A stretch of 64,000 nucleotides of DNA from an uncultured Actinomycetes bacterium. GTDB taxonomy: Bacteria; Actinomycetota; Thermoleophilia; UBA2241. Positions 40,746 to 49,592 of the stretch are shown here, piece after piece. Within the stretch, counting starts at the first letter, position 1, and the number at the start of each line of letters is the position of its first letter. The notes under the pieces are model-generated. The model was not told the DNA's origin. It was given only the letters and a program-made list of their open reading frames with translations, and did not search any database. Both the position numbers and the translations under genes were made by a program. The stretch lies in the NCBI GenBank assembly GCA_963709345.1, contig CAVPVX010000004.1, positions 128,001-192,000 of the forward strand, read 5' to 3'.

Positions 40746-41663
40746 CTAGGACTTCCGCTGGAGCCAATCTCCGATGAGTTCCAGCACGCGTGAGTCCACC
40801 GGCATCACCATCTGCTGCTTGTAGTCGGCCAGGCTGGGTTCGTGAGCGTCTGCGCGCAGGATGTGCGTCAGGTCGCTGACCTCGTGGTACTCGAAGTCGC
40901 TCTTGACCAGCCCGGCCATGATCTTCAGGTCGTCGGGATCGACCTGGATGTCCTTCGAACCGGTGATTGCGAGAACGGGGACGCCGAGGCGCGAGAGGTC
41001 GTCTGAGGGATCGTAGACCAGGAACTCGCGCATCCACTTCGCATTGAGCTTCCGAACCAGCTGGACGCGCACCCAGTCGCGATCGGTGCGTTTGATCTTG
41101 TTGAGCGCCTTTCTCTGTGACTTTGCAACGTCGATGTGAAGGATGTCGATCAGCCACTTGTTGAGTCCCCGCAGGCCCTGCGCGACGCGCTGTGCCTGCC
41201 AGACCAGGGTCTCTTCCCCCGAGTGGGCCGTGCCGGCCAGGAGAATCGCGCCGGCCATGGGCGCTCCTGCCCCCGCGAGCCGTGTCGCAAGAAGTGCACC
41301 CTCACTGTGGCCGAGCACGAACACCCGAGCAGGGTCGACGTCTCCCTGGGACCGGAGCCACGACAGAGCCGCCGTGGCGTCTGTCACGCCGTCATTGAAA
41401 CCGGTCGTCCAGTAGTCACCCTCACTGGCTCCCACGCCGCGCTTGTCGAAGCGGAAGCTGGCGAAGTCGCGCGGCGCCAAGTAGGCGGCGAGCTGAGGGA
41501 ACGCGTCGATGCGGAGCTTCCCGGCGTTGTCGTCTCTGTCGATCTGGCCTGAGCCCGGGAGCATGAGCACCGCTGCGAACGGTCCGGGGCCGGCGGGCAC
41601 CACGAACGAACCGGCCAGTCGCAGGTCGTCCGACTTGAATGTGACCTCGCGCTCTGCCGCCAT
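40746..41663 (-). CDS. Alpha/beta hydrolase
   Basis: GSGQIDRD.N, RFDKRGVGAS, GHSEG nucleophile, G.KDIQV, LTH. Confidence 0.9.
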   Translation of the reverse strand: MAAEREVTFKSDDLRLAGSFVVPAGPGPFAAVLMLPGSGQIDRDDNAGKLRIDAFPQLAAYLAPRDFASFRFDKRGVGASEGDYWTTGFNDGVTDATAALSWLRSQGDVDPARVFVLGHSEGALLATRLAGAGAPMAGAILLAGTAHSGEETLVWQAQRVAQGLRGLNKWLIDILHIDVAKSQRKALNKIKRTDRDWVRVQLVRKLNAKWMREFLVYDPSDDLSRLGVPVLAITGSKDIQVDPDDLKIMAGLVKSDFEYHEVSDLTHILRADAHEPSLADYKQQMVMPVDSRVLELIGDWLQRKS

Positions 41664-41948
41664 GCTCGACTCCCCTCGGAGCATCGAACTGCCTTACGGC
41701 GACTGTACGTGACCATTCGGGCAGCTGTCGTTTTCCGGCCAAGACTACCGCACCGAGCCTGACGAGCGGGCATGGGTGCTGCGCAGGAATTCGACACACC
41801 CAACGTCCGTATCCTGATCGAACCCGCGCTTCGTCTCCATCGTCTTCCCGGTCTTCACGCGCTGCGTCGCCCTCTGCAACCCTTCTGCACCCCGCGTGGG
41901 TGTCCCTCGGTGTCGGGCAGCATCCTCGGCTATACTTGTCCCCCTCGT

Positions 41949-42024
41949 GGGCCGCTAGCTCAGCTGGGAGAGCGCCGCCCTTGCACGGCGGAGGTCAGGG
42001 GTTCGAGCCCCCTGCGGTCCACCA
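41949..42024 (+). tRNA. tRNA-Ala(TGC)
   Basis: 76-nt cloverleaf, G3:U70 pair, TGC anticodon, TTCGA T-loop, CCA end; TATACT -10 at 41931. Confidence 0.97.
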
Positions 42025-42846
42025 GCGCGCGGAAGCGTCCGGGACGATCGCCTCATCGGAGGTGCCGGCCTCGACCGACACCATGCCGCCCCTGATCACT
42101 CCGTAGCGGTAGTGGCGTGGGTGGTCGCGCGAGGTGAGGCCGTAGCTGCCCGGGTCGATGAGGTACAGGCCGGCGGCGCGGAAGTCGGCCTCGGTCCAGC
42201 GGCGGAAGACGCCTGGTGTGGTGTGGCCGGCGATCTGCTCGACCCCGTCGAGCAGGCGCTCCGGCCCCACGTCGGCGTCGTCGACGCGCAGCCACATCGG
42301 CGAGTGTCCGTCGAGAGTGCGTGGCTCCGGCTGCGTCATGCCCAGCGAGAGCTGGCGTTCCAGGTCGCGGCGGAACTCCTCGTTGATCAGTCGCGCCAGG
42401 CCGGCGCGGTCGTGCTCGACCGCCGCGAAGTCGGCGGCGAACGCGCTGGAGAGTCCGGCATGGCTGATCAGCACGCCGTCCACGTTCGTCACAAGGTTCA
42501 GGGACCCGCTGTTGAACCGTTGCAGGAGCGTCTGGCGGTAGTCCGCGCTGGCCGGGGACTGCTCGCCGATGAAGTACCGCAGCATGGTCGCGTGGTCGTG
42601 GTCGCCGAGCAGCATCTCGGCGCCGAGTTCGTCGAGCCGCCTCAGGCACGCGCCCGGCTGCCCGCCGCGGTCGAGCAGGTCGCCGGCGAACACCAGGTGG
42701 TCCACCCCGGCGCGGAAGCGCGAACGTCGCAGAGCGTTCTCGAGGAACTCGGGAAACGCGTGTACGTCCGAGACGACCAGCGTGAACGGTGTCGCCGGCT
42801 GCCGAGCGTCATCCCGCGCTGCCTCATGCCTGGCCATGGTCATCAT
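41995..42846 (-). CDS. Calcineurin-like metallophosphoesterase
   Basis: VSDVH, GDLLDRG, LGDHD, SHAG, QIAGHT; stop codon lies in the antisense strand of the tRNA. Confidence 0.8.
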   Translation of the reverse strand: MMTMARHEAARDDARQPATPFTLVVSDVHAFPEFLENALRRSRFRAGVDHLVFAGDLLDRGGQPGACLRRLDELGAEMLLGDHDHATMLRYFIGEQSPASADYRQTLLQRFNSGSLNLVTNVDGVLISHAGLSSAFAADFAAVEHDRAGLARLINEEFRRDLERQLSLGMTQPEPRTLDGHSPMWLRVDDADVGPERLLDGVEQIAGHTTPGVFRRWTEADFRAAGLYLIDPGSYGLTSRDHPRHYRYGVIRGGMVSVEAGTSDEAIVPDASARWWTAGGSNP

Positions 42847-42909
42847 GTGCCCCGAGTAGGCCGGACGGCTGCTCGCCGTCGACGCTACGCGCCCCATGCA
42901 GGGCGCCTC

Positions 42910-43140
42910 CTACACCACGCGGTCGTCCTCGTCGACCGGCTGCCGCAGCCACGCCTCCAGCTGGACGAACAGCGGCCAGCGGCCGAAGGCCAGCCAGGCG
43001 ATCAGGACGGCCTGGCCGACGAAGGGCACGAACACCAGCAGGGCGGCCCACGGCGGGTAGCCGACCCGGGACAGGATGCGGTAGAAGCAGTAGGCCAGGA
43101 ACGCGTAGAACAGGAGCCCACTGAGAACGACCGGGCTCAT
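42910..43140 (-). CDS. Small membrane protein
   Basis: RI..R.GYP.W..LL..VP..G......LAF..WP pattern; AAAGGGG RBS. Confidence 0.7.
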   Translation of the reverse strand: MSPVVLSGLLFYAFLAYCFYRILSRVGYPPWAALLVFVPFVGQAVLIAWLAFGRWPLFVQLEAWLRQPVDEDDRVV

Positions 43141-43234
43141 AGGTCCCCCTTTCTCAGGATCGTGCTGGTCTGAAGACAATGTACCCGCGTACCTGGCCGT
43201 CAACGGTACTCATCGGTAAGCTGGTGAGTGCGCA

Positions 43235-43275
43235 TGCACGGCGGAGGTCAGGCGTTCGAGCCTCCTGCGGTCCAC
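43235..43275 (+). repeat. Direct-repeat copy of tRNA-Ala 3' half (att-like)
   Basis: 39/41 identical to 41982-42022; begins at TGCACGGC. Confidence 0.92.
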
Positions 43276-43344
43276 GAGACCGTTCCGCGCTCGTGTGTGC
43301 GCTCGTGTGCGGGCGCCGTGGTGCCCCCTGGAGACGGAGGAGTC

Positions 43345-44697
43345 GTGGGACACGCAGCGGGCCTGGGGCGCGCTCATCAGGATCTGGCGAAGCGCCTGCA
43401 GCGCGGATCCGTCGCCATGGTCGAGCCGCGGGATCCCGCGGCGAAGCGGGCCTGGCGGGAGATCCTGGAGATCCTCTTCTCTCCCGACGACGCCGCTCTG
43501 GCCGCCCGCCTGCCGGTCGTCCCCACCACCCTCGCGGACCTTGCCCGGCGCACCGGCGCGAGCGAGGGCGATCTCCGCGCCCGGCTCGGAGCTATGGCCG
43601 GCAAGGGCCTCGTGCTCGACCTGCACGACGCCCGGACCGGCGCGACGACGTACATGCTCGCGCCTCCCGTGGTGGGCTTCTTCGAGCTCTCCATGATGCG
43701 CCTGAGCGACGGTCTGCCGAAGGAGCGCCTGGCCCGAGCCTACGAGGCGTACATGACCTGCGACGACACGTTCGACGCGGAGGTCTCCGCGGTCCCCACG
43801 CGCGTCAGCCGCACCCTCGTGCAGGAGACCGCCCTCTATGACGACCTCGCCTCGGAGGTCCTCGACTGGGATCGAGCCACGTCCTATGTGGAGCAGGCCG
43901 ACTATCTGGCCGTCACGAACTGCTTCTGCCGCCACGTGGCGACCCACCTCGGCACGGCGTGCGACTACCCCCTGGAGACGTGCCTGAGCCTAGGGACGGC
44001 GGCCCGCTACCTCGTCCGGCACGGCCACGCCAGGCCGATCGGCAGGGAGGAGGGACGCGAGCTCCTCGAGGCCGGCCGGGAGCACGGCCTCGTGCACATC
44101 GGCGACAACGTGCAGCGGGAGCTGAGCTACATCTGCAGCTGCTGCGCTTGCTGCTGCGTCGAGCTCCGCGCGGCGCAGAAGGGCATGCCGGTGACGCAGC
44201 CGAGCGCCTTCCAGCCCGCGGTTGACGACCGCCGGTGCACCGCCTGCGGCGCCTGCCTGCGGGCGTGTCCCGTCCAGGCCATCTCGATCGTCCCCCAGGC
44301 GGCCCCGCAGGGCGGCGCGGATGCGGCCGCGGCGCAGCTGACCGGCGCGGACGCGGCCACGGTGCCGTTGACCTGCGCCGTCGATCTCGGCGCCTGCCTC
44401 GGCTGCGGCGTCTGCGTCGGCGCCTGCTCCCAGGGCGCGCTGACGATGGTGCGGCGCCCGCAGCCTCCCCACGTCCCGCTCAACGCCGTGGAGTACCTCA
44501 CCCGGCGGATGCTCGAGCGGGGGAGGCTGGCGGACCTGCTCGTGGACGGCGCGGCGGGGCGAGGACCGGCGTTCGCCAACGCCGTGCTGGGGGCCATCCT
44601 CTCGCTGCCGCCGGCGCAGGGGCTGCTCGCGAGCGAGCAGGTGCAGTCGCGCTTCGTCGCGTTCGCCCTTGCCCGGTTTCGGCCGCCCGCCGGGTGA
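43345..44697 (+). CDS. Fe-S protein with 4Fe-4S dicluster domain
   Basis: CFCRH, ICSCCACCC, CTACGACLRACP, CLGCGVCVGAC; GGAGGAG RBS. Confidence 0.85.
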   Translation: MGHAAGLGRAHQDLAKRLQRGSVAMVEPRDPAAKRAWREILEILFSPDDAALAARLPVVPTTLADLARRTGASEGDLRARLGAMAGKGLVLDLHDARTGATTYMLAPPVVGFFELSMMRLSDGLPKERLARAYEAYMTCDDTFDAEVSAVPTRVSRTLVQETALYDDLASEVLDWDRATSYVEQADYLAVTNCFCRHVATHLGTACDYPLETCLSLGTAARYLVRHGHARPIGREEGRELLEAGREHGLVHIGDNVQRELSYICSCCACCCVELRAAQKGMPVTQPSAFQPAVDDRRCTACGACLRACPVQAISIVPQAAPQGGADAAAAQLTGADAATVPLTCAVDLGACLGCGVCVGACSQGALTMVRRPQPPHVPLNAVEYLTRRMLERGRLADLLVDGAAGRGPAFANAVLGAILSLPPAQGLLASEQVQSRFVAFALARFRPPAG

Positions 44698-44712
44698 GGG
44701 CGCGAGCCGCGT

Positions 44713-45534
44713 CTACGAAGCTCGGTCGATGAGCGACTCCCGGAGGGCTTGCTGCGTTGCCTCATCGATGCGGAGACCTTGGATGAAGTAGCCCTCGATC
44801 GACCCGAACCGCTTCGTCATCTCGCCGAGCGCGGTCCGCAGGTAGGCCTCGTCTACGCCAAACACCGGGTCGAGCAGGTGAGGGTCGCCGCCGGCCGCGC
44901 GGAAGTGCTCATAGACCGTCTTCAGCGCGGGCAGCAAGTCCCTGTTCGACAGCAGGTAGTCGTGGAAGACATCCTCCGTCGAGACCCCGAGGAACAGCAG
45001 GGTCGAGGCGGCGGCCCAGCCCGTGCGGTCCTTGCCGGTCGTGCAGTGAAAGAGCGCCGGCCTGCGCGCATCCCGCGCGACCGTCTCGAAGAACGTCCGG
45101 TACGCCGACAGGGCGCTCGGCAGGCTGACGGTCTCGCGGTACCCGGTCTCGAAGAGCTTGGTGGCCTTGCCGTCTCCCAGCATCTCCCGGGCGGCAGCCG
45201 GATCGCCGAGGGCCTTGAACAGCGTTGCAGGAGCGGCGCCCGTCTCGTCGGCCAGCACGTCGCAGACGACCCGCTCCGCGCCCGGTAGCAGTACGTCGGG
45301 CTCGGCCTCGCGCTCCGCCTCGGTGCGCAGGTCGAACACGGTCCGGATGCCGAGCCTCGCCATCGCGGCCAGGTCGTCGCCGTGCAGGTGGCCGAGCTCG
45401 ACGGAGCGGTAGAGCTGCCCCGTTGCCACGCGGCCGCCGCCGGCCACCTCATATCCGCCGATGTCGCGGAGGTTCGGGACCGAAGGGATGTCGATCCTCC
45501 GTCCCGGCTCGCTCCTGGTCGTCTCGATGCTCAT
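44713..45534 (-). CDS. Protein-tyrosine phosphatase (IphP-like)
   Basis: NLRDIGGY, DLRT..E, FHCTTGKDRTG, DYLLSN. Confidence 0.93.
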   Translation of the reverse strand: MSIETTRSEPGRRIDIPSVPNLRDIGGYEVAGGGRVATGQLYRSVELGHLHGDDLAAMARLGIRTVFDLRTEAEREAEPDVLLPGAERVVCDVLADETGAAPATLFKALGDPAAAREMLGDGKATKLFETGYRETVSLPSALSAYRTFFETVARDARRPALFHCTTGKDRTGWAAASTLLFLGVSTEDVFHDYLLSNRDLLPALKTVYEHFRAAGGDPHLLDPVFGVDEAYLRTALGEMTKRFGSIEGYFIQGLRIDEATQQALRESLIDRAS

Positions 45535-45638
45535 CGTGTCCTCCGCGGATCGCGTTGTCCTTGCCCGGCGCACCGAACACCACGTACCAGGCTCGGTACG
45601 CTGACTGATCTTCATGGTGGCTTCCGGCTGTCCAGGCT

Positions 45639-46626
45639 CTACTCCCGGCCGACGACGATGACGATGTTGCCCAGCTTCTGCTCCGAGTCGGCGTACCGGT
45701 GGGCCTCGGCCGTGTGCTCGAGGGGGTACCGGCGGTCGATGACGGGCCGGAGCTCGCCGGCCTCGATGAGCTCGGTGACTTCGCGCAGGTGCTCGTGCGT
45801 GGCGGCGCCCGAGCTGAAGATCGTCTTCTTGTCGCTGGTCAGCGAGGCCCAGAGCCCGCGGATGAGCTGGGCCGTGTGCGGGTTGGCGACCACGTACCGC
45901 CCGCCCGGACGCAGGAGGCGGACGACGCGGCGGAAGGGCGCGCGGCCGACGACGTCGAAGACGATGTCGAAGTCCCCCGCGCCGTCGGTGAAGTCCCCCT
46001 CCGTGTAGTCGATGACCTGGTCGGCGCCGAGCTCGCGGAGCATCTCGAGCTTGCCGCCGCTGTCGACGGCGACCACCTCGGCGCCCGCATGCTTGGCGAG
46101 CTGGACGGCGTAGGTGCCGAAGCTCCCGCCGGCGCCGACGATGAGGATCCTCTGCCCGGCGCCGATGCCGCCCTTGCGGAGGAAGCGGAGCGCCTCCAGG
46201 GCGCCGTAGGGGACGGCGGCGGCCTCGGCGTAGCTCATGGCCGCCGGCATCGGAGCCGACGACGCTGCCGGCGCGGCGTCCGCCGGCGCGGACGTACTCG
46301 GCGTAGGCGCCGAGCCCGATGCCGGTCGTCCCGTACACCCGGTCGCCGGGCGTGAAGGAGGTCACCCCGTCGCCGAGGGCCTCCACCTCGCCGGCGAACT
46401 CCTGGCCGAGGATGCGCAGGCGGGGCCGCACGACGCCGAACGCCAGTCGGATGGGGAGCCAGATCCACGCGGGGAACTCGAAGCGGCGGATCTCGCAGTC
46501 CGCCCTGGAGGCCGTCGTGGCGTGGACGCGGACGAGCACTTCGCCGGCCTTCGGGCGCGGCGTCTCGACCTCCTCGAGCTTGAGGACGTCCGGGCCGCCG
46601 TAGGCCGTACAGACGATAGCCTTCAT
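45639..46626 (-). CDS. NAD(P)-dependent MDR oxidoreductase, frameshifted near 46260
   Basis: YGGPDVL, GQEFAGEV, GAYAEY, then GAGGSFGTYAVQLAK and PVIDRRYPL in a second frame. Confidence 0.88.
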
Positions 46627-46715
46627 GAGCACCTCGCAGTCCCTTGCGGTCGCGCGCCGCGCGGAGGGGCTCTCCGGAGCGCTTCCCACTGCCGAGATCG
46701 CAGGGATCGGTGGGA

Positions 46716-47654
46716 TCACCGCTCCGGTGTCGCGCCCGACAGATAGCTGTCCACGCGCGTCGCCACGTTCTCCTGCAGATTGCGGTACCAGAACGCGTAG
46801 TCGAACTTGTGCAGCACGCCCGCGGGAAAATGCCCGAGATCAAGCTGGTCGAGGTCCGGCGGCGTGGTCTCCAGGGCGCCGGTCTCCGTGTTGATCGCCG
46901 CGCCCGCGTACTGCGGCGCCTCCCTGAGCATCGTGCCGCTGAAGTCGTCGAAGAAGACCGCGCCCCGGTTCAGCGCCTTGTCGGCCGGCGTTGCATCCGT
47001 CCTCCAGTTCAGCGGATTGATGCAGAGCGCACCATCCACCAGAACCGGCGAGCCGGTGGCCCCTGGGGCTTGTGTGTTGTACGAGATGACGACACCCGTA
47101 TCATTGGCCCCAGTCGCGAACTTCATCCACGGGTACTCCTCGAGATCGTCGGGCAGGACCGAGTACCCGATCAGGTAGGCGGCGACCAGCCTCTTCAGCA
47201 GCCCAGGGTCGCCCAGCTTGTTGCGGATCAGGTCGATCATCACGAGAGAACCCTGGCTGTGACTTGCGAGAATGAATGGCCGATCTTGATTGAGATGTTG
47301 CAGATAGTAGTCAAATGCGGCGCCAACATCATCGGCGCCGGTACGAAAGTACTGATTCTCGTACATGTTCTCGTCGGGATTCAGCGCGACGAAGCTGGTC
47401 TGTCGATAGTAGGGCGCAAACAGGTTTGCCGATGCGGAGTACACGCCGGCCTGTGCGACCATCAGGCCCTTGGCCTTCTCCTGAAGGTCCGGCCTGTGCA
47501 TGATGTCCATGTTGAGCGGGTCGTCTTCAGAGTAGATGGTCGGGAACACGTAGAAGGCATCGACCGCATGCGATGTGGTGTCTGGTCTGCTGGCCCAGCT
47601 GTCTGGTTCTGAGTAATCAGGGCGCTGGGAAGATGTGTCGGTAGCGGTACTCAT
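46716..47654 (-). CDS. DUF3089 alpha/beta hydrolase
   Basis: DAFYVFPT, FAPYYRQ, RPFILASHSQGS, CINPLNW, LH..DY. Confidence 0.9.
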   Translation of the reverse strand: MSTATDTSSQRPDYSEPDSWASRPDTTSHAVDAFYVFPTIYSEDDPLNMDIMHRPDLQEKAKGLMVAQAGVYSASANLFAPYYRQTSFVALNPDENMYENQYFRTGADDVGAAFDYYLQHLNQDRPFILASHSQGSLVMIDLIRNKLGDPGLLKRLVAAYLIGYSVLPDDLEEYPWMKFATGANDTGVVISYNTQAPGATGSPVLVDGALCINPLNWRTDATPADKALNRGAVFFDDFSGTMLREAPQYAGAAINTETGALETTPPDLDQLDLGHFPAGVLHKFDYAFWYRNLQENVATRVDSYLSGATPER

Positions 47655-47758
47655 AGCCTCTCTTTCCTATCGGGCAGCAAGACCAGCGGGCTTGCCCCGT
47701 TTCTCTTGGCGCCTCGTCATGCGGCGATCGAGGCGGCCGCCAGTTCGGGGGCGCGCTC

Positions 47759-48244
47759 TCAGGCGCCCTTGTCCGCTGAGGCGTTGATCTCGTCCACCAG
47801 CGCCAGGATCTCCGCGTTCTCGGGGATGTCCTTCATGTCGTGCCCGTAGTGCACGAAGCGCGCGACCCCGGCCTTGTCGACAAGCACCTGGGCCGGCATC
47901 CGCCCCAACTTGAACAGCTTCACCTCCTGCCCGTAGAGCTTGAGGACACTGGAGGTGGGGTCGGGCAGGCCGACGAACGGCAAGGATTCCTTCTGCCAGT
48001 AGTCGGCGAACGCGCGGGCGTCTTCGGGGCCGGCCACCACGATCTCGACGTCGCGGGCCGTGAACGCTGAGTAGTCATGGCGCAACTGCGCCATATGCCG
48101 TTGGCAATACGGTCAGCGGAAGGTTCGGTTGAAGACCAGCAGGACGTTCTTGCGGCCTCGGAAGTCCGACAGGCTGACCGGCGTGCCGGAGAAGTCGGGC
48201 AGGCTGAAGTCGGGAGCGACCTGATCCAGTGTTACGCGAGGCAT
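47759..48244 (-). CDS. AhpC/TSA peroxiredoxin-like selenoprotein (UxxC)
   Basis: APDFSLPD..G..VSLSDFRG..VLLVFNRTFR-TGA(48115-48113)-PYC..., in frame with the downstream Prx-fold ORF; hairpin follows. Confidence 0.85.
48077..48094 (-). promoter_or_regulatory. Putative bacterial SECIS element
   Basis: AUGGCGC-AGUU-GCGCCAU, starting 19 nt after the UGA. Confidence 0.6.
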
Positions 48245-48351
48245 CGTGGTCTCCTTTCGACGCGAGGGAGCGGCGGCGTGGGCGGTCACCACCATCGTAG
48301 CAGGGCGGCCGCCGGCGCAGAGGCGCACGCCCTTGGGTCTATGATGTCCGC

Positions 48352-49011
48352 ATGCCTTGGGATGCCGAGAAGCGCGCGGACGCGCGCGCAAGTGGTGCGG
48401 CTGCGGAGCGGCGCCGGTTCGAGGCCGGGATGCGTGACGCCGGGCGGCTGCTCGCCGCGGGTGACGCGCTCGCCGCCGCCGAGGTGCTGCGCGGCATCGT
48501 CGCCCGAGGCGTCCTGCCGACCGGCCCCGAGGCCGACGCGCGCTACCTGCTCGGCCGCGCTCTGGGCGCCGCCGGCGACCACGACGGCATGATCAGTGAG
48601 TGGCGCCTGGTGACGGGTCTTGACGCCGCCACCATGCCGCGACAGCCGCTCATGGCCGAGGATGAGTTCGAGTCGGTGGCCGAGGCGGCTCTGGGCGAGC
48701 TCCCGAAGGAACTGCTCGACCGGCTTCGCAACGTGGCGATCCTCGTCGCCGACCGTCCCTCGGCGGAGATGGTGGCCGGCGGCATCGACCCTCGGATCCT
48801 CGGTCTCTACCACGGCGTGCCGATGACCAGGCGCTCGACCAGCTTCGGGGCGCCGTGGGCGGACACGATCTACCTCTTCCGCGCCAACCTGGAGCGTGTC
48901 TGCGCGACGCGCCCCGTCCTGGCCGAGCGCATCCGGGTGACGGTCCTCCACGAGACGGCGCACTTCTTCGGCTACACGGAGCGGCAGCTCCGGGACATGG
49001 GGCTGGCCTGA
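48352..49011 (+). CDS. Zinicin-like metallopeptidase (DUF1025) with N-terminal TPR-like helices
   Basis: LGLYHGVP, I.LFRAN, VLHETAHFFG. Confidence 0.85.
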   Translation: MPWDAEKRADARASGAAAERRRFEAGMRDAGRLLAAGDALAAAEVLRGIVARGVLPTGPEADARYLLGRALGAAGDHDGMISEWRLVTGLDAATMPRQPLMAEDEFESVAEAALGELPKELLDRLRNVAILVADRPSAEMVAGGIDPRILGLYHGVPMTRRSTSFGAPWADTIYLFRANLERVCATRPVLAERIRVTVLHETAHFFGYTERQLRDMGLA

Positions 49012-49271
49012 GGCGGGAGCGCCGCAGCCTCTCTTCCCCCGCCGAGACCTTCGTGTCATGCTTCCCGGCGCAATCCACGCGAGGGAGGTGGGGTCTCTTG
49101 GAGTCCGACGCGAAGCTGTCACGCGGAGTCACCGGGCCCTCCGCCGCCGCCGAGCCCCGCGCCGCCGCCCGCTTCGGCCTCTGGATCGCCATCGCCGCGG
49201 GGCCGCTGCTGGCCGCGGCGTTCCGGCGGTCGGCTGCCGCCTCGACTCAAGGGGAAGGGGCTGCCGGGTCG

Positions 49272-49519
49272 TGACCGGCGCCTTCACCGAGAACCTGCGC
49301 ATCCTGGTCAATGAGGCGGATCAGGGCATGTTCCTCCGCGACCGGGACGCGGCCAGGCCCGGGGTCCTCTTTCTCCACGGCGGACCCGGCATGCCCGAGT
49401 TCTTCCTCGGCCGCACCCACCCGACGGGTCTCGAGAACGACTTCGTCGTGTGCTTGTGGGAGCAGCGCGGCTCGGGCTCGTCTTCCGCGCGTCCGCTCGC
49501 GCCCGGCGCCCGCCGTTGA
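49272..49519 (+). pseudogene. N-terminal fragment of an alpha/beta hydrolase
   Basis: QGMFLR...LFLHGGPGMPE...VCLWEQRGSG, then a stop before any GxSxG. Confidence 0.7.
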
Positions 49520-49592
49520 CACGCAAGCGCCCACATGGACAAATGGCCGGAAACCGGCGGGGGCGGCCGGCACTTCCCTGCGGCGAGGGCGC

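Noticed and set aside
44713-46719. Apparent 668-aa fusion of an alcohol dehydrogenase N-terminus to a tyrosine phosphatase
   Set aside because: Artifact of the frameshift near 46260; the phosphatase has its own GGAGG RBS and ATG at 45534.
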